A DNA stretch of 64,000 nt from Candidatus Sumerlaeales bacterium. Its GTDB lineage: Bacteria; Sumerlaeota; Sumerlaeia; Sumerlaeales; Sumerlaeaceae. The notes under the pieces were generated by a model that was not told the origin of the DNA, searched no databases, and saw only the letters and a list, made by a program, of their open reading frames with translations. The first letter of the stretch is position 1, and the number at the start of each line of letters is the position of its first letter. The stretch covers positions 3,314 through 67,313 of the forward strand of contig JBBSQY010000012.1 in assembly GCA_038243585.1 (NCBI GenBank), written 5' to 3'. Position numbers and translations under genes: made by a program. Positions 52,780 through 62,254 of this stretch are shown in pieces.

Positions 52780-54363
52780 ATGTTTAAAGGCAAATCACAC
52801 TTATTTTTTACTGTCGCAGCATTGGCATCAATGACAGGAGCTTCATCGGTTTCAAATGCAACCGTGTTTACAGTTGACGGCACACCGTCTACTTACGTTA
52901 CGCTTTCAGCGGCAGTAGCGGCGGCGCAAGCTGCGCCAGGCGGACCACACATAATCAACATAACGGCGGATTCGCTGCCTACACCAGATGGCGAAATAGT
53001 TATCACGCAGCCAATCACCATTAACGGCAACGCTGACGGAGATGTTACCGGACCGGAAACAAAATGCGACATTCTGGTGGATATGGCGGCTATTAAGCTA
53101 GTTGGCACCAGCGCCGGCCAGGCGGAAAAGTGTTACATTGAAATCCAGACTGTCGGCGATGTTGTCATCAATGATCTCAGAATTCATCCCAATGCGGATG
53201 GTGGGACTGTTGCTGCGGAACAAGTCGATGGCGTGCGGATGTATCGTCCGGACGGCGGCACGGGAAACTATACGCTGAATCGTGTGTGGATTTCAGGCAG
53301 CGACGCAAATAACGCTTACGTGCCTCTCGACACCAGCGCTGACCTCTACAATTCAGGCGCAAAGCGCTGGGGCGGCGGCAGCAGCGCCTCCCGCGCGGTT
53401 GTTCAGCTGACGAGAGCGCCGGATACGGCGACCGGCAATTATAATGCGACACTTAATAGTTGCCATGTGGGCCTCGGGCAATCCGCGGCTATCAACATTC
53501 CAAACGACGATGCCAACATAGCTATAAACTCCGGAGTATATGGCCATTCCGCCCGAGACGGCATTCGGGTATCCGCTACTGGCGGGGATATAACGCTGAA
53601 AGGAACGGCGACGGATCGGCTGCGAGTGGTTCGCTCTCCAGGAATCAGTGGGGGCAATTCCCATGGGGTAGAAGTTGCCGGAGGAAGCGTCTCACTTATA
53701 GAATATGTGGATATCGCCACGATTCAAACAGGTAATAATTTAAGTCTGACAGGGAGTACTAATGTCCAAATGGCACGGTTTGTTCGAGCTATGGGAAAAA
53801 TCGCTGATACCGCGCCATCAACAAATCATCTTATTTTTATGGGTGCCGCCGCTTCAATGACAGCTGAGGATATTACGGTGCATGCAAACGGTACAGTTGG
53901 AACGGATATCAATCCGTTTCAGGGGACGGCGAATTCGGATGGAACGATCTCGTTCACAGACTCTATTTTCACAAGCGCCAATCTGGGCACCGTTGATTAT
54001 CAAAATAGCGACGCGGTCGGCACATTGTCTTTTACCAACAGTGCTCTGCCTACAGATGGGGCTGTCGGTGAATCTCTTGCAACTCCGCCGATTATCGGAG
54101 CAGCCGCGGCAGCGGTTACACTGACCCCCAACCCGCAGCTTGCTGTAAGCCCTAACTACCTGCTCACTCTCGCAAACTACGACTGGAGCGAAGCACAGGG
54201 GTCTCTTGATCCGCTAAATGGCCCAGGCAACCGTAATGTGTATCGTCCGAATCCCACGAATATACCTTATGCTACAGCGGCTTCAGGCGGCGAGGCACTA
54301 ACGGGTGGAGCTGGCCCTCTTCCAGCCGGTATCGATGCATCTGAGTGGATGTTAATGCAGTAG
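52780..54363 (+). CDS. Secreted beta-helix-like hypothetical protein, paralog 1
   Basis: A GGGAGA Shine-Dalgarno sequence precedes ATG 52780, and it has a signal peptide (LFFTVAALASMTGASSVSNA). Roughly half of its residues are shared with 54511..56076 by hand alignment, including the identical C-terminal SEWMLMQ. Confidence 0.7.
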   Translation: MFKGKSHLFFTVAALASMTGASSVSNATVFTVDGTPSTYVTLSAAVAAAQAAPGGPHIINITADSLPTPDGEIVITQPITINGNADGDVTGPETKCDILVDMAAIKLVGTSAGQAEKCYIEIQTVGDVVINDLRIHPNADGGTVAAEQVDGVRMYRPDGGTGNYTLNRVWISGSDANNAYVPLDTSADLYNSGAKRWGGGSSASRAVVQLTRAPDTATGNYNATLNSCHVGLGQSAAINIPNDDANIAINSGVYGHSARDGIRVSATGGDITLKGTATDRLRVVRSPGISGGNSHGVEVAGGSVSLIEYVDIATIQTGNNLSLTGSTNVQMARFVRAMGKIADTAPSTNHLIFMGAAASMTAEDITVHANGTVGTDINPFQGTANSDGTISFTDSIFTSANLGTVDYQNSDAVGTLSFTNSALPTDGAVGESLATPPIIGAAAAAVTLTPNPQLAVSPNYLLTLANYDWSEAQGSLDPLNGPGNRNVYRPNPTNIPYATAASGGEALTGGAGPLPAGIDASEWMLMQ

Positions 54364-54510
54364 AATTATTGATGTAATTGTCAGGCAGGTGCGGTTTCCT
54401 TTAATAGAAGGAAGCCGCGCCGGCAACAGTTTAGCCGGTCAAACTGGTATTAAGTTTCCCTTTAACAAATTCTTAAATATAAATCCCATTAAAGAAATGA
54501 AAGAGCCCCA

Positions 54511-56076
54511 ATGTCAGGTTTCAAACTCCAAAATATTTTAAACACAGGTCTGGTGATGGGCTTTGCGGCGCTTGCCGCCTCGGCTGACGCTATGACGTTG
54601 AACATCAATGACGGAAGCACGTATACGCTTTCCGCGGCAGTGGCCGAAGTTTATGCGGCGGCAGATGGCCCAGACGTCATTAATCTTAACGTCGCTGCCC
54701 TCCTGACCCCCGACGGTCAGATTGTGCTGGACAAGCCGATCACGATTAACGGCAACGCAAATAGCCGTCCCGCACCAGATTCCCACTGCGATATTCTTGC
54801 CGATCAGGGATCAATACAGCAGGAGACTACAGCTGACGCAGGCCAACTTGGTAAGGCTTACCTGGAAATCAGCGCTCCGGGCACAGTAACTATCAACAAT
54901 TTGAAGATTCATCCGAGTGCGAACGGTAAATTTGGCGCAGCTGCGAAAGTTGCCACGATTGTTGCGGGAATCCGTATGTGGAATCCAGTCGGAGCTACAG
55001 ATGTGGGAAACTACAATCTGACCAATGTGCTTGTATCCGGTAGTGAAGCCAATAGCGGCAACGCGTTTATCCCTTTGGATTCAGGGGCCGACCTGTATAA
55101 CGGAAGCAACAAAAAATGGGGCGGTTTTAATGGCGCTCAGCATGTTAATGTCGTGCTTTACGGCACCATTCAAGCTGACAATGGTACCGGCGCAGGAATT
55201 TTCAATATTGTACTGGATCATTGTAACGCGGGCATCGGATTTGGCGGCGCAGTTAACATAAATTCCACTGGCGGCACAACTTTAATAAAAGGTGGAATCT
55301 ATGGCCATAGTGGCCGGGACGGCATTCGCGTTGCGAGCACCAGCGTAACACTCCAGGGTACTCACGACGATCGTCTGCGCGTTGTTCGCAGCACGAACAT
55401 CACCGCTGGGAATTCGCACGGCGTGGAAATCGCCGGTGAGGTTACGTTGATGGAGTATGTAGACAGCGCGAGTGTTCAGACCGCAAACGCGTTTAGTATC
55501 CAGGGAGGCACAAAACTTGACGTGATGCGTTTTTGTCGCGCATTGGGCAAGTTCGACGCCGGGGCCAATGAGGCGTTCTATGTCTCAGGAACCGATACAA
55601 CTATTGGTGTCGTTGAAGATAGCACGTTTGTCGGGAGCGGCAGCAACTTTAATCCTATGAACGTCCCCGCCGGTGTCGCTGATCCATTCACGCTGACTAA
55701 TAGTATTTTTACCAGTGAGAATAATGGTACCGTCATCATCGCATCGCCTGCGGCCATTGAATTTGTAAATTGTGCCCTGCCTACGGACGGGTTTGTTGCT
55801 GAGTCGCTAGCGAATCCGCCTTTTACCGGCGCGGGCACTCCAACTGCGGCCCCTGTGATTTCTCTCAGCCCAAACTACATGCTTAGACTTGCCGATTATG
55901 ATTGGAGCGAGGCTCAGGGTGCGGGTAAGCCAGGCAATGCCGTTGGAAACGCCAATGTGCTGCGTCCGTCTAATCCTGCGTACCAGACGGCTTCATCCAC
56001 CAGTGGCCCTCTTAACGGCGGCGCGGGTGCGCCTGCGGCAGGCATTGATCCATCTGAATGGATGTTGATGCAGTAA
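54511..56076 (+). CDS. Secreted beta-helix-like hypothetical protein, paralog 2
   Basis: It has a signal peptide (GLVMGFAALAASADA). Blocks shared with paralog 1 include PITINGNA, CDIL, LKIHPSANG, GIYGHSGRDGIRV, DRLRVVRS, GNSHGVE, ALPTDG, SPNYML.LADYDWSEAQG and SEWMLMQ. Confidence 0.7.
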   Translation: MSGFKLQNILNTGLVMGFAALAASADAMTLNINDGSTYTLSAAVAEVYAAADGPDVINLNVAALLTPDGQIVLDKPITINGNANSRPAPDSHCDILADQGSIQQETTADAGQLGKAYLEISAPGTVTINNLKIHPSANGKFGAAAKVATIVAGIRMWNPVGATDVGNYNLTNVLVSGSEANSGNAFIPLDSGADLYNGSNKKWGGFNGAQHVNVVLYGTIQADNGTGAGIFNIVLDHCNAGIGFGGAVNINSTGGTTLIKGGIYGHSGRDGIRVASTSVTLQGTHDDRLRVVRSTNITAGNSHGVEIAGEVTLMEYVDSASVQTANAFSIQGGTKLDVMRFCRALGKFDAGANEAFYVSGTDTTIGVVEDSTFVGSGSNFNPMNVPAGVADPFTLTNSIFTSENNGTVIIASPAAIEFVNCALPTDGFVAESLANPPFTGAGTPTAAPVISLSPNYMLRLADYDWSEAQGAGKPGNAVGNANVLRPSNPAYQTASSTSGPLNGGAGAPAAGIDPSEWMLMQ

Positions 56077-56101
56077 CCAGTACGCTCGAATTGTTATAAT
56101 T

Positions 56102-56136
56102 AAAAAGCCGGCCCTTACTCGGGCCGGCTTTTTTTT
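56102..56136 (+). terminator. Rho-independent terminator
   Basis: aaaaAGCCGGCCCttactcGGGCCGGCTttttttt lies 26 nt after the stop at 56076. Confidence 0.85.
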
Positions 56137-56381
56137 GCTCCAGATAATCTACAGGTGCACCTTTTAGCCGCATATTCCTATGAAAAAAAGCAACAAATAC
56201 CGCAGATTCTTTCGTTGGTGAATGTTTCGTAAATTAACATTACTCAGCTTGTCACGGAATTTGCCTGCAATTGTCCCGGTAAGCAACCTCATCTATTTCT
56301 TCCGCATTGAGAGTATCCGTGGCTTTCTTCTTCTCCTGGGATTTTAATAATTCCGTCGTCGACTCCAGGCATTTTCGCCTG

Positions 56382-57707
56382 ATGTTGCTTGCCGTATCTG
56401 GGCTCCTTTTGTTTTCTGGATGCAAAAGGGAACAATCTGCCCGTCCGGCACCGCCGCCGGCTGAGGTCGAGGTTTACGTGGCGAAGGCGACAAGTGTACC
56501 GCTGACCTTCGAGTATATCGGGCAAACCGAAGCCAGCCAGGAGGTAGACGTGCGTGCCCGGGTGCAGGGAGTGGTATGGGAGCAGGGCTTCTCAGAGGGA
56601 ACCTCTGTGACCGCAGGCCAGTTTCTGTATCGTATCGACCCGCGCCCATTTGAAGCTGATTTGCAGGTTGCCGATGCTCGGTCGTATCAAGCCAAGGTTG
56701 CCGTGCAGGCGGCTCAGCGCGACCTAAATCGAACCCGTTCTCTGACCGAGTCGGCAAGCATTGCCCGGGAGGAACTGGATGACGCTACCAGTCTTTACGA
56801 GACGTCTATGGCATCTTTGCGGCTGGCGGATGCGCAATTGCTTAAAGCAAGGCTTGAACTGAGCTTTACGACGGTTACGGCACCGGTTGGCGGCAGGATT
56901 GGTTTAGCTCTAAAGAGAGTAGGCGATCTGGTAGATACCGGCGAAAACAGTCTACTGTGTCGGATCACAACCCAGGACCCCATGTACGTCAATTTTTCTA
57001 TTAGTGAGAAAGACATGCTGGAGTATCGGAACAACCTGAAGGCTGGACGGATTGAAGCTCCTCAAACCGAAGATTTCATAGTTGAAATCGGTCTTTTGGA
57101 CAAAAGCACTTACCCCGAACGGGGACGTATTAACTTTTCTGATGTTACCATAGATCCTCGCACGGGCACGGGAACGCATCGGGCCGCGTTTCCAAACCCC
57201 GAGGGGCTGCTTCAGCCGGGCCAATATGTGGAAGTGCGCATCATCGGCGCTAACCGCACAAAAACAGTTATGGTTCCACAGGGCGCTGTGATGTTCGGAA
57301 TGCAGGGAAGCTATGTTTATGTGGTCGGCGATGACGATAAGGTAGAAATGAGACCGGTGACCGCGACAGACTGGGAAGGTCTTAATTGGATAATTGAAGA
57401 GGGTCTCGCTGCGGGAGAACAAATCATTATTTCAGGCATTAACAAGACGCAACCTGGCGCGGATGTCAGTGTGACCACGGTAACGACTGAACTTGATAAG
57501 GAAACTCCAGTTGCGGACAGCTCGAAGAGCCAAGGGATAACCCCCGCGGCGGACAGCTCGGCGAGCCGTCCCTACCCAAAAGACAGCAAGATGCCGGCCT
57601 CGCCGAGGGAAAAAGCTGAGGCTCAAGCCAGGGCGGCGGGAACAACGCAAACTGTGTCAGCCGAGACCTTGACAACCACCAAAAGTGCGTCGGCCGAGAC
57701 GGAATAA
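56382..57707 (+). CDS. RND efflux periplasmic adaptor (membrane fusion protein), lipoprotein
   Basis: The lipobox is LLLFSGC after ATG 56382. HlyD/AcrA-like motifs are present (PLTFEYIGQTEA, RIDPRPFEA, LELSFTTVTAPVGGRIG). The Ser/Ala/Thr-rich C-terminal tail contains motif R1. Confidence 0.85.
   Translation: MLLAVSGLLLFSGCKREQSARPAPPPAEVEVYVAKATSVPLTFEYIGQTEASQEVDVRARVQGVVWEQGFSEGTSVTAGQFLYRIDPRPFEADLQVADARSYQAKVAVQAAQRDLNRTRSLTESASIAREELDDATSLYETSMASLRLADAQLLKARLELSFTTVTAPVGGRIGLALKRVGDLVDTGENSLLCRITTQDPMYVNFSISEKDMLEYRNNLKAGRIEAPQTEDFIVEIGLLDKSTYPERGRINFSDVTIDPRTGTGTHRAAFPNPEGLLQPGQYVEVRIIGANRTKTVMVPQGAVMFGMQGSYVYVVGDDDKVEMRPVTATDWEGLNWIIEEGLAAGEQIIISGINKTQPGADVSVTTVTTELDKETPVADSSKSQGITPAADSSASRPYPKDSKMPASPREKAEAQARAAGTTQTVSAETLTTTKSASAETE
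57505..57577 (+). repeat. Motif R1, 1.5 diverged tandem copies inside the adaptor C-terminal tail
   Basis: ggacagctcgaagagcc...ggacagctcggcgagccgtccctaccc is translated in frame as ADSSKSQGITPAADSSASRPYP. Confidence 0.65.
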
Positions 57708-57713
57708 TTACCC

Positions 57714-60700
57714 ATGTTCAGTAAGTTTTTTATCGATCGACCAGTTTTCGCATCAGTACTTTCCATCATCATTACCCTGGCGGGATTGGTTGCTATCTGG
57801 AACTTGCCGATTGAGCAGTTTCCCGAGATCACGCCGCCTACCGTTAGCGTAAGTGCCAACTACCCTGGCGCCAGCGCCGAAGTTGTCGCTCAGTCTCTGG
57901 CGGCGCCGATAGAACAGGAACTTAGCGGCGCTCAGCACATGCTCTACTTCCAGACACAGTGTGCGAACAACGGCTCGCTGAACATCACTGTCACTTTTGA
58001 AACGGGAACCAACATCGATCTGGCGGCGGTAGAAGTGCAAAACCGCGTAAAGAGAGCGGAGCCGCGCCTGCCGCAGGAATCCATTCGCCAGGGCATAGTC
58101 GTCACGAAGAAGAGCACCGCGATTTTGATGGTGGCCGCGCTTCAGTCTGAAGGTGAGCAGTATAACGAACTGTTTCTCAACAACTACGCAACCATCAGTG
58201 TGCTCGACAGTATAAAGCGGGTCCCTGGCGTGGGCGATGCAACCGTGTATGGGGCAAAAGATTATAGCATGCGGCTTTGGATCAATCCAGATCGTATGGC
58301 AAACCTTGGCATTACCACCACGGACATTGCAACCGCCGTCAGTGAGCAGAACGGTCAGTTCGCGGCGGGAACGGTAGGCCAGGAGCCGAACAAGGACCCG
58401 GTTGTACTGACTTTCCCGGTTATTACCAGGGGACGGCTTGAAGAGCCTAAAGAGTTTGAAAATATTATTCTGCGCGCAAACCCGGACGGCAGCAAGGTCC
58501 TGATGAAGGATGTGGGCCGCGCGGAACTGGGCGCTCAGAGTTATGATTTGTTTGGCCGTCTGAACGGCAAGCCGACAACGCTGATGCCGATCTATCTCCA
58601 GCCGGGGGCGAATGCGTTAAATACCGCCAAGGCGGTGCAAGCGACACTGGATGAGCTGGCGAAAAGCTTTCCCAAATCTGTGTTTTACAAAATCCCCTAC
58701 GATACCACCATCTTCGTTGACGCTTCTATTAACGAGGTCATGCACACGTTTATGGAAGCCGTTGCGCTGGTGTTGCTGGTGGTGTTTATATTTCTTCAAA
58801 GCTGGCGGGCCACTATTATCCCGCTTGTTGCGGTTCCGGTGTCAATCATCGGCGCCTTTGCCGGAATGATCGCGCTGGGGTTTTCGATCAACACGCTTAC
58901 CCTTTTCGGTCTTATCCTGGCGATCGGCATCGTGGTGGACGACGCGATTGTGGTGGTGGAAAACGTTGAGCGTATCATGGAGGAAGAACACCTGCCCGTG
59001 CGCGAAGCAACCATAAAGGCCATGGAAGAGGTTACTGGTCCTGTTGTCGCAATCGTGCTGGTGTTAAGCGCGGTGTTTGTTCCGGTCGCATTTCTTGGGG
59101 GGCTTACGGGGCAACTTTACAAACAGTTCGCCGTTACCATAGCCATATCTGTCGCCATATCGGGACTTGTTGCGCTTACACTGAGCCCGGCCCTTTGCCG
59201 CCTGTTACTTCGGCCGAGCCATAAAGCACGGCGGGGACCATTCAAGTGGTTCAACAGCGCTTTTGACTGGTTTACCAGGGCGTATGTGTGGACTACGCGT
59301 CAGTTCATCCGGTTTGCGTTTGTTTCCCTATTGATTTTCGGTGCGTTGCTCTACGGCATTTTTCTTTTTTGGAATGCCACGCCCAGTGGATTTGTGCCGG
59401 AAGAAGATCAGGGCAGCTTTATCGTCGCAATCCTCCTGCCGGACGGCGCTTCGCTGGACCGGACGGATATTCTAGCGAAAAAGGTTGAAAGTTTTTTGCT
59501 GAAGCAACCAGAGGTGGCCAATATCGTCACCCTTGGCGGACTTAATTTTCTGTCTGGCGGCACCAGTAATACCAATGCCTCGGCGTTTTACGTGGTACTG
59601 AAAGACTGGAAACTGCGGGAGGGCGAAAACAGCAATGTTAACGCTATCGTGGGGCGCGTTATGGGGAACTTTGGGAAAACTCCCGAAGGCATCGTGATGG
59701 CTTTTAATCCACCGCCGATCCGAGGGCTTGGTCTCCGCGCCGGCTTCGAAATGCAGCTTCAGGCCAAGGCTGGACAAAATGTGCGGGAACTGGCAGAGGT
59801 GTCGCAAAACTTTATCGCGGAACTTGGCAAGCAGCCTCAGATTCAGGCACCCAGCGGCACGCTGAGTGTGAAACTGCCGCAGCTTTATGTGGACCTGAAT
59901 CGGGAAAAAGCCAAGTCTATGGGGATACCGATCAATACGGTGTTTGCGACATTGCAGTCCTATTTTGGCGCGCTTTACGTGAACGATTTCAATAAGTATG
60001 GCCGGGTTTACCGCGTGCAGCTACAGGCGGAACCGGAGTACCGCAGCAAGCCGGAGGATATCGGGAAGCTTTTCGTGAGAAGTGGCGCGGGCAATATGGT
60101 TCCGCTTAGCGAAATTGTAACAACCAGCTTTCGCGCCGGACCGAATGTCGTCAGCCGGTTTAACGGATTTACAAGCGTTCAGGTGACCGGTGCCGCGGGC
60201 AGCGGGTTCAGTTCCGGGGATGCAATGGCTGCGGCGAACAAGGTGGCGGAGAATCTGCCCCCTGGCTATGGCTACCAATACAGCGGGGTTTCCTACCAGG
60301 AAATCATTGCGGGAAACCAGGCGCCAATGGTGCTGGGTTTTGGGCTGCTGGTAGTGTTCCTGGTGCTTGCCGCCCAGTATGAGCGGTGGAGCCTGCCCTT
60401 TGCGGTTATGCTTGCGGTCCCAATGGGGATTTTCGGCGCACTGGTCGCTATTTACCTTCGGGAGATCAACCGGGACGTTTACTTCCAGATTGGGTTGCTT
60501 ACGCTCGTTGGGCTGTCGGCCAAAAATGCGATTCTCATCGTCGAATTCTGCGTGGTGCTTCGAGAGAGTGGCAAGGGCGTGATTGAGTCAGCCATGGAAG
60601 CGGCACGCCTTCGGTTCCGTCCGATTCTGATGACGTCTCTAGCTTTCATCCTGGGTGTGGTGCCGCTGGCCCTCAGCACGGGGGCCGGGGCGAGCGGCAG

Positions 60701-60875
60701 ACAGTCAATCGGTACCGGAGTGATGGGTGGTATGATAGGCGCCACGGTTCTGGCTGTTTTTTTCGTGCCTCTGTTTTTCGTGCTTGTCACTAAACTGACT
60801 GATAAATTATCCGGCCGTGGTCAGAAAGAATTGGTGTTACCGCCTGCGCCCGAGCCTCCACCAACAGCGGAGTAG
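57714..60875 (+). CDS. RND multidrug efflux permease (AcrB/HAE1 family)
   Basis: 1053 aa with the N-terminus MFSKFFIDRPVFASVLSIIITLAG and a 12-TM architecture. The VVDDAIVVVEN motif is present. Confidence 0.9.
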   Translation: MFSKFFIDRPVFASVLSIIITLAGLVAIWNLPIEQFPEITPPTVSVSANYPGASAEVVAQSLAAPIEQELSGAQHMLYFQTQCANNGSLNITVTFETGTNIDLAAVEVQNRVKRAEPRLPQESIRQGIVVTKKSTAILMVAALQSEGEQYNELFLNNYATISVLDSIKRVPGVGDATVYGAKDYSMRLWINPDRMANLGITTTDIATAVSEQNGQFAAGTVGQEPNKDPVVLTFPVITRGRLEEPKEFENIILRANPDGSKVLMKDVGRAELGAQSYDLFGRLNGKPTTLMPIYLQPGANALNTAKAVQATLDELAKSFPKSVFYKIPYDTTIFVDASINEVMHTFMEAVALVLLVVFIFLQSWRATIIPLVAVPVSIIGAFAGMIALGFSINTLTLFGLILAIGIVVDDAIVVVENVERIMEEEHLPVREATIKAMEEVTGPVVAIVLVLSAVFVPVAFLGGLTGQLYKQFAVTIAISVAISGLVALTLSPALCRLLLRPSHKARRGPFKWFNSAFDWFTRAYVWTTRQFIRFAFVSLLIFGALLYGIFLFWNATPSGFVPEEDQGSFIVAILLPDGASLDRTDILAKKVESFLLKQPEVANIVTLGGLNFLSGGTSNTNASAFYVVLKDWKLREGENSNVNAIVGRVMGNFGKTPEGIVMAFNPPPIRGLGLRAGFEMQLQAKAGQNVRELAEVSQNFIAELGKQPQIQAPSGTLSVKLPQLYVDLNREKAKSMGIPINTVFATLQSYFGALYVNDFNKYGRVYRVQLQAEPEYRSKPEDIGKLFVRSGAGNMVPLSEIVTTSFRAGPNVVSRFNGFTSVQVTGAAGSGFSSGDAMAAANKVAENLPPGYGYQYSGVSYQEIIAGNQAPMVLGFGLLVVFLVLAAQYERWSLPFAVMLAVPMGIFGALVAIYLREINRDVYFQIGLLTLVGLSAKNAILIVEFCVVLRESGKGVIESAMEAARLRFRPILMTSLAFILGVVPLALSTGAGASGRQSIGTGVMGGMIGATVLAVFFVPLFFVLVTKLTDKLSGRGQKELVLPPAPEPPPTAE

Positions 60876-60945
60876 CGCTTTAACGGGAAGGTCGGATCTT
60901 CTGGAACGTTGACATCTTCGATCTTGTCTCACAGGCACTCAACTT

Positions 60946-62244
60946 ATGTCAGACATTCCTCACGCAAAAATCCCGCAAAACGCTCCCTTGGCGGATCCTC
61001 TGCTTCGCCGCGTGGGCAGGCGTGTCAATATGGGTGTGTATTTAAGCAAGGCGGCAGGGCCTGTGGCCGCAGTGGTGATTGCGTTTGCCATCCTGTTTCT
61101 TTTTTCCAGGATGCTGGCGCCGGCATACAGTCGCTATGCCTTTATTGCCCTTGTGGGCGTCCCTGCGGCGCTGGCGTGGGCGTGGGTAGTATGCCGTCGC
61201 GACCGGTTGTTTTTTAATGAAACGGAACTGGTGGAACTTGCTGATCATCTGACCGGCAGCGATGGACTGGCGGCCACTGCCTATGAACGGTCAATCCCTG
61301 GCAGCAACAGCTGGGAAAAAATTGGAAATCGCCTGGACACCTTACCGCTAAGGCTTAACGGTGCCTGGTTCGCGTGGCGAATCCTGCCCGCTTTAGTGTT
61401 TGCCGGCGCGGTGTTTCTGGTTCCGCCCCGTAAGCAGCCCCCCGACGCCAACGACAATATTATGTTGGCGATAACGCAGCCCCTTGCCGAGAAGATCGAA
61501 ATGACGACAGATGTGCTGCCCGAGGCGGAGCGGGAAAAATTGAAGCAACAACTGGAGCAGGTGCAGGCGGCACCAGAGGGAATATCGCGTGAGAAATGGG
61601 AAGCCGTCGAAGATATGGAACAGCGCCTGGAAAACGCCCTGGCCCAGAGCGAGGCATCTACCTATCAACTATCTTCGTCCATGAATCAACTGGCGGGGCT
61701 GATATCGCAACAGGAATCGAAAGCGCCCAACGTGAATAGCGCAGAGTTGCAATCGGACATTGAATCCCTAGCGGCTTCGATTTCGGAGCAGATGAAGAAA
61801 AACAATGTCCCGCTGAGCAAGGAAATGAAGGACGCTTTGGAAAAAGCCACGGGAGATTGTAAGGCTGGGAATTGTAAATCCGGCGAACTGAGCGACCTAA
61901 TGAAACACGTCGAAGGACTTTCGAAAAAGCTTAGTAAGGCGGGTTCGGACGGTAAGGACTTCGGGAGCGGTGGGGTAGATCGCGAACGAGGAGATGCGCC
62001 GTTTGTTATCGGCGATGAGAGGGTTCTGGAAAATGCGGCCTTTGATTCCAAACAACTGGAGAATCAGTTTTTCGAAGCCGCGGACCTGACCGACATCGGC
62101 ATCACGCCCATGGACCCGAAACCTGATCCGGGGATGTTTCAGGCGGGAACGGTGAAAGACTTCGGCGCACAGCAGGGAACAAACGTAAGCCGGACGCAGA
62201 TAAGCCCCAGCCAGCGAGGTGTCGTGTCGCGATACTTCGAGTAA
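60946..62244 (+). CDS. Hypothetical membrane-anchored coiled-coil protein
   Basis: 432 aa with 3-4 N-terminal helices, followed by Glu/Lys/Gln-rich helical regions. It ends SQRGVVSRYFE. No family is confidently recognised. Confidence 0.45.
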   Translation: MSDIPHAKIPQNAPLADPLLRRVGRRVNMGVYLSKAAGPVAAVVIAFAILFLFSRMLAPAYSRYAFIALVGVPAALAWAWVVCRRDRLFFNETELVELADHLTGSDGLAATAYERSIPGSNSWEKIGNRLDTLPLRLNGAWFAWRILPALVFAGAVFLVPPRKQPPDANDNIMLAITQPLAEKIEMTTDVLPEAEREKLKQQLEQVQAAPEGISREKWEAVEDMEQRLENALAQSEASTYQLSSSMNQLAGLISQQESKAPNVNSAELQSDIESLAASISEQMKKNNVPLSKEMKDALEKATGDCKAGNCKSGELSDLMKHVEGLSKKLSKAGSDGKDFGSGGVDRERGDAPFVIGDERVLENAAFDSKQLENQFFEAADLTDIGITPMDPKPDPGMFQAGTVKDFGAQQGTNVSRTQISPSQRGVVSRYFE

Positions 62245-62254
62245 GGTTTGTAGC

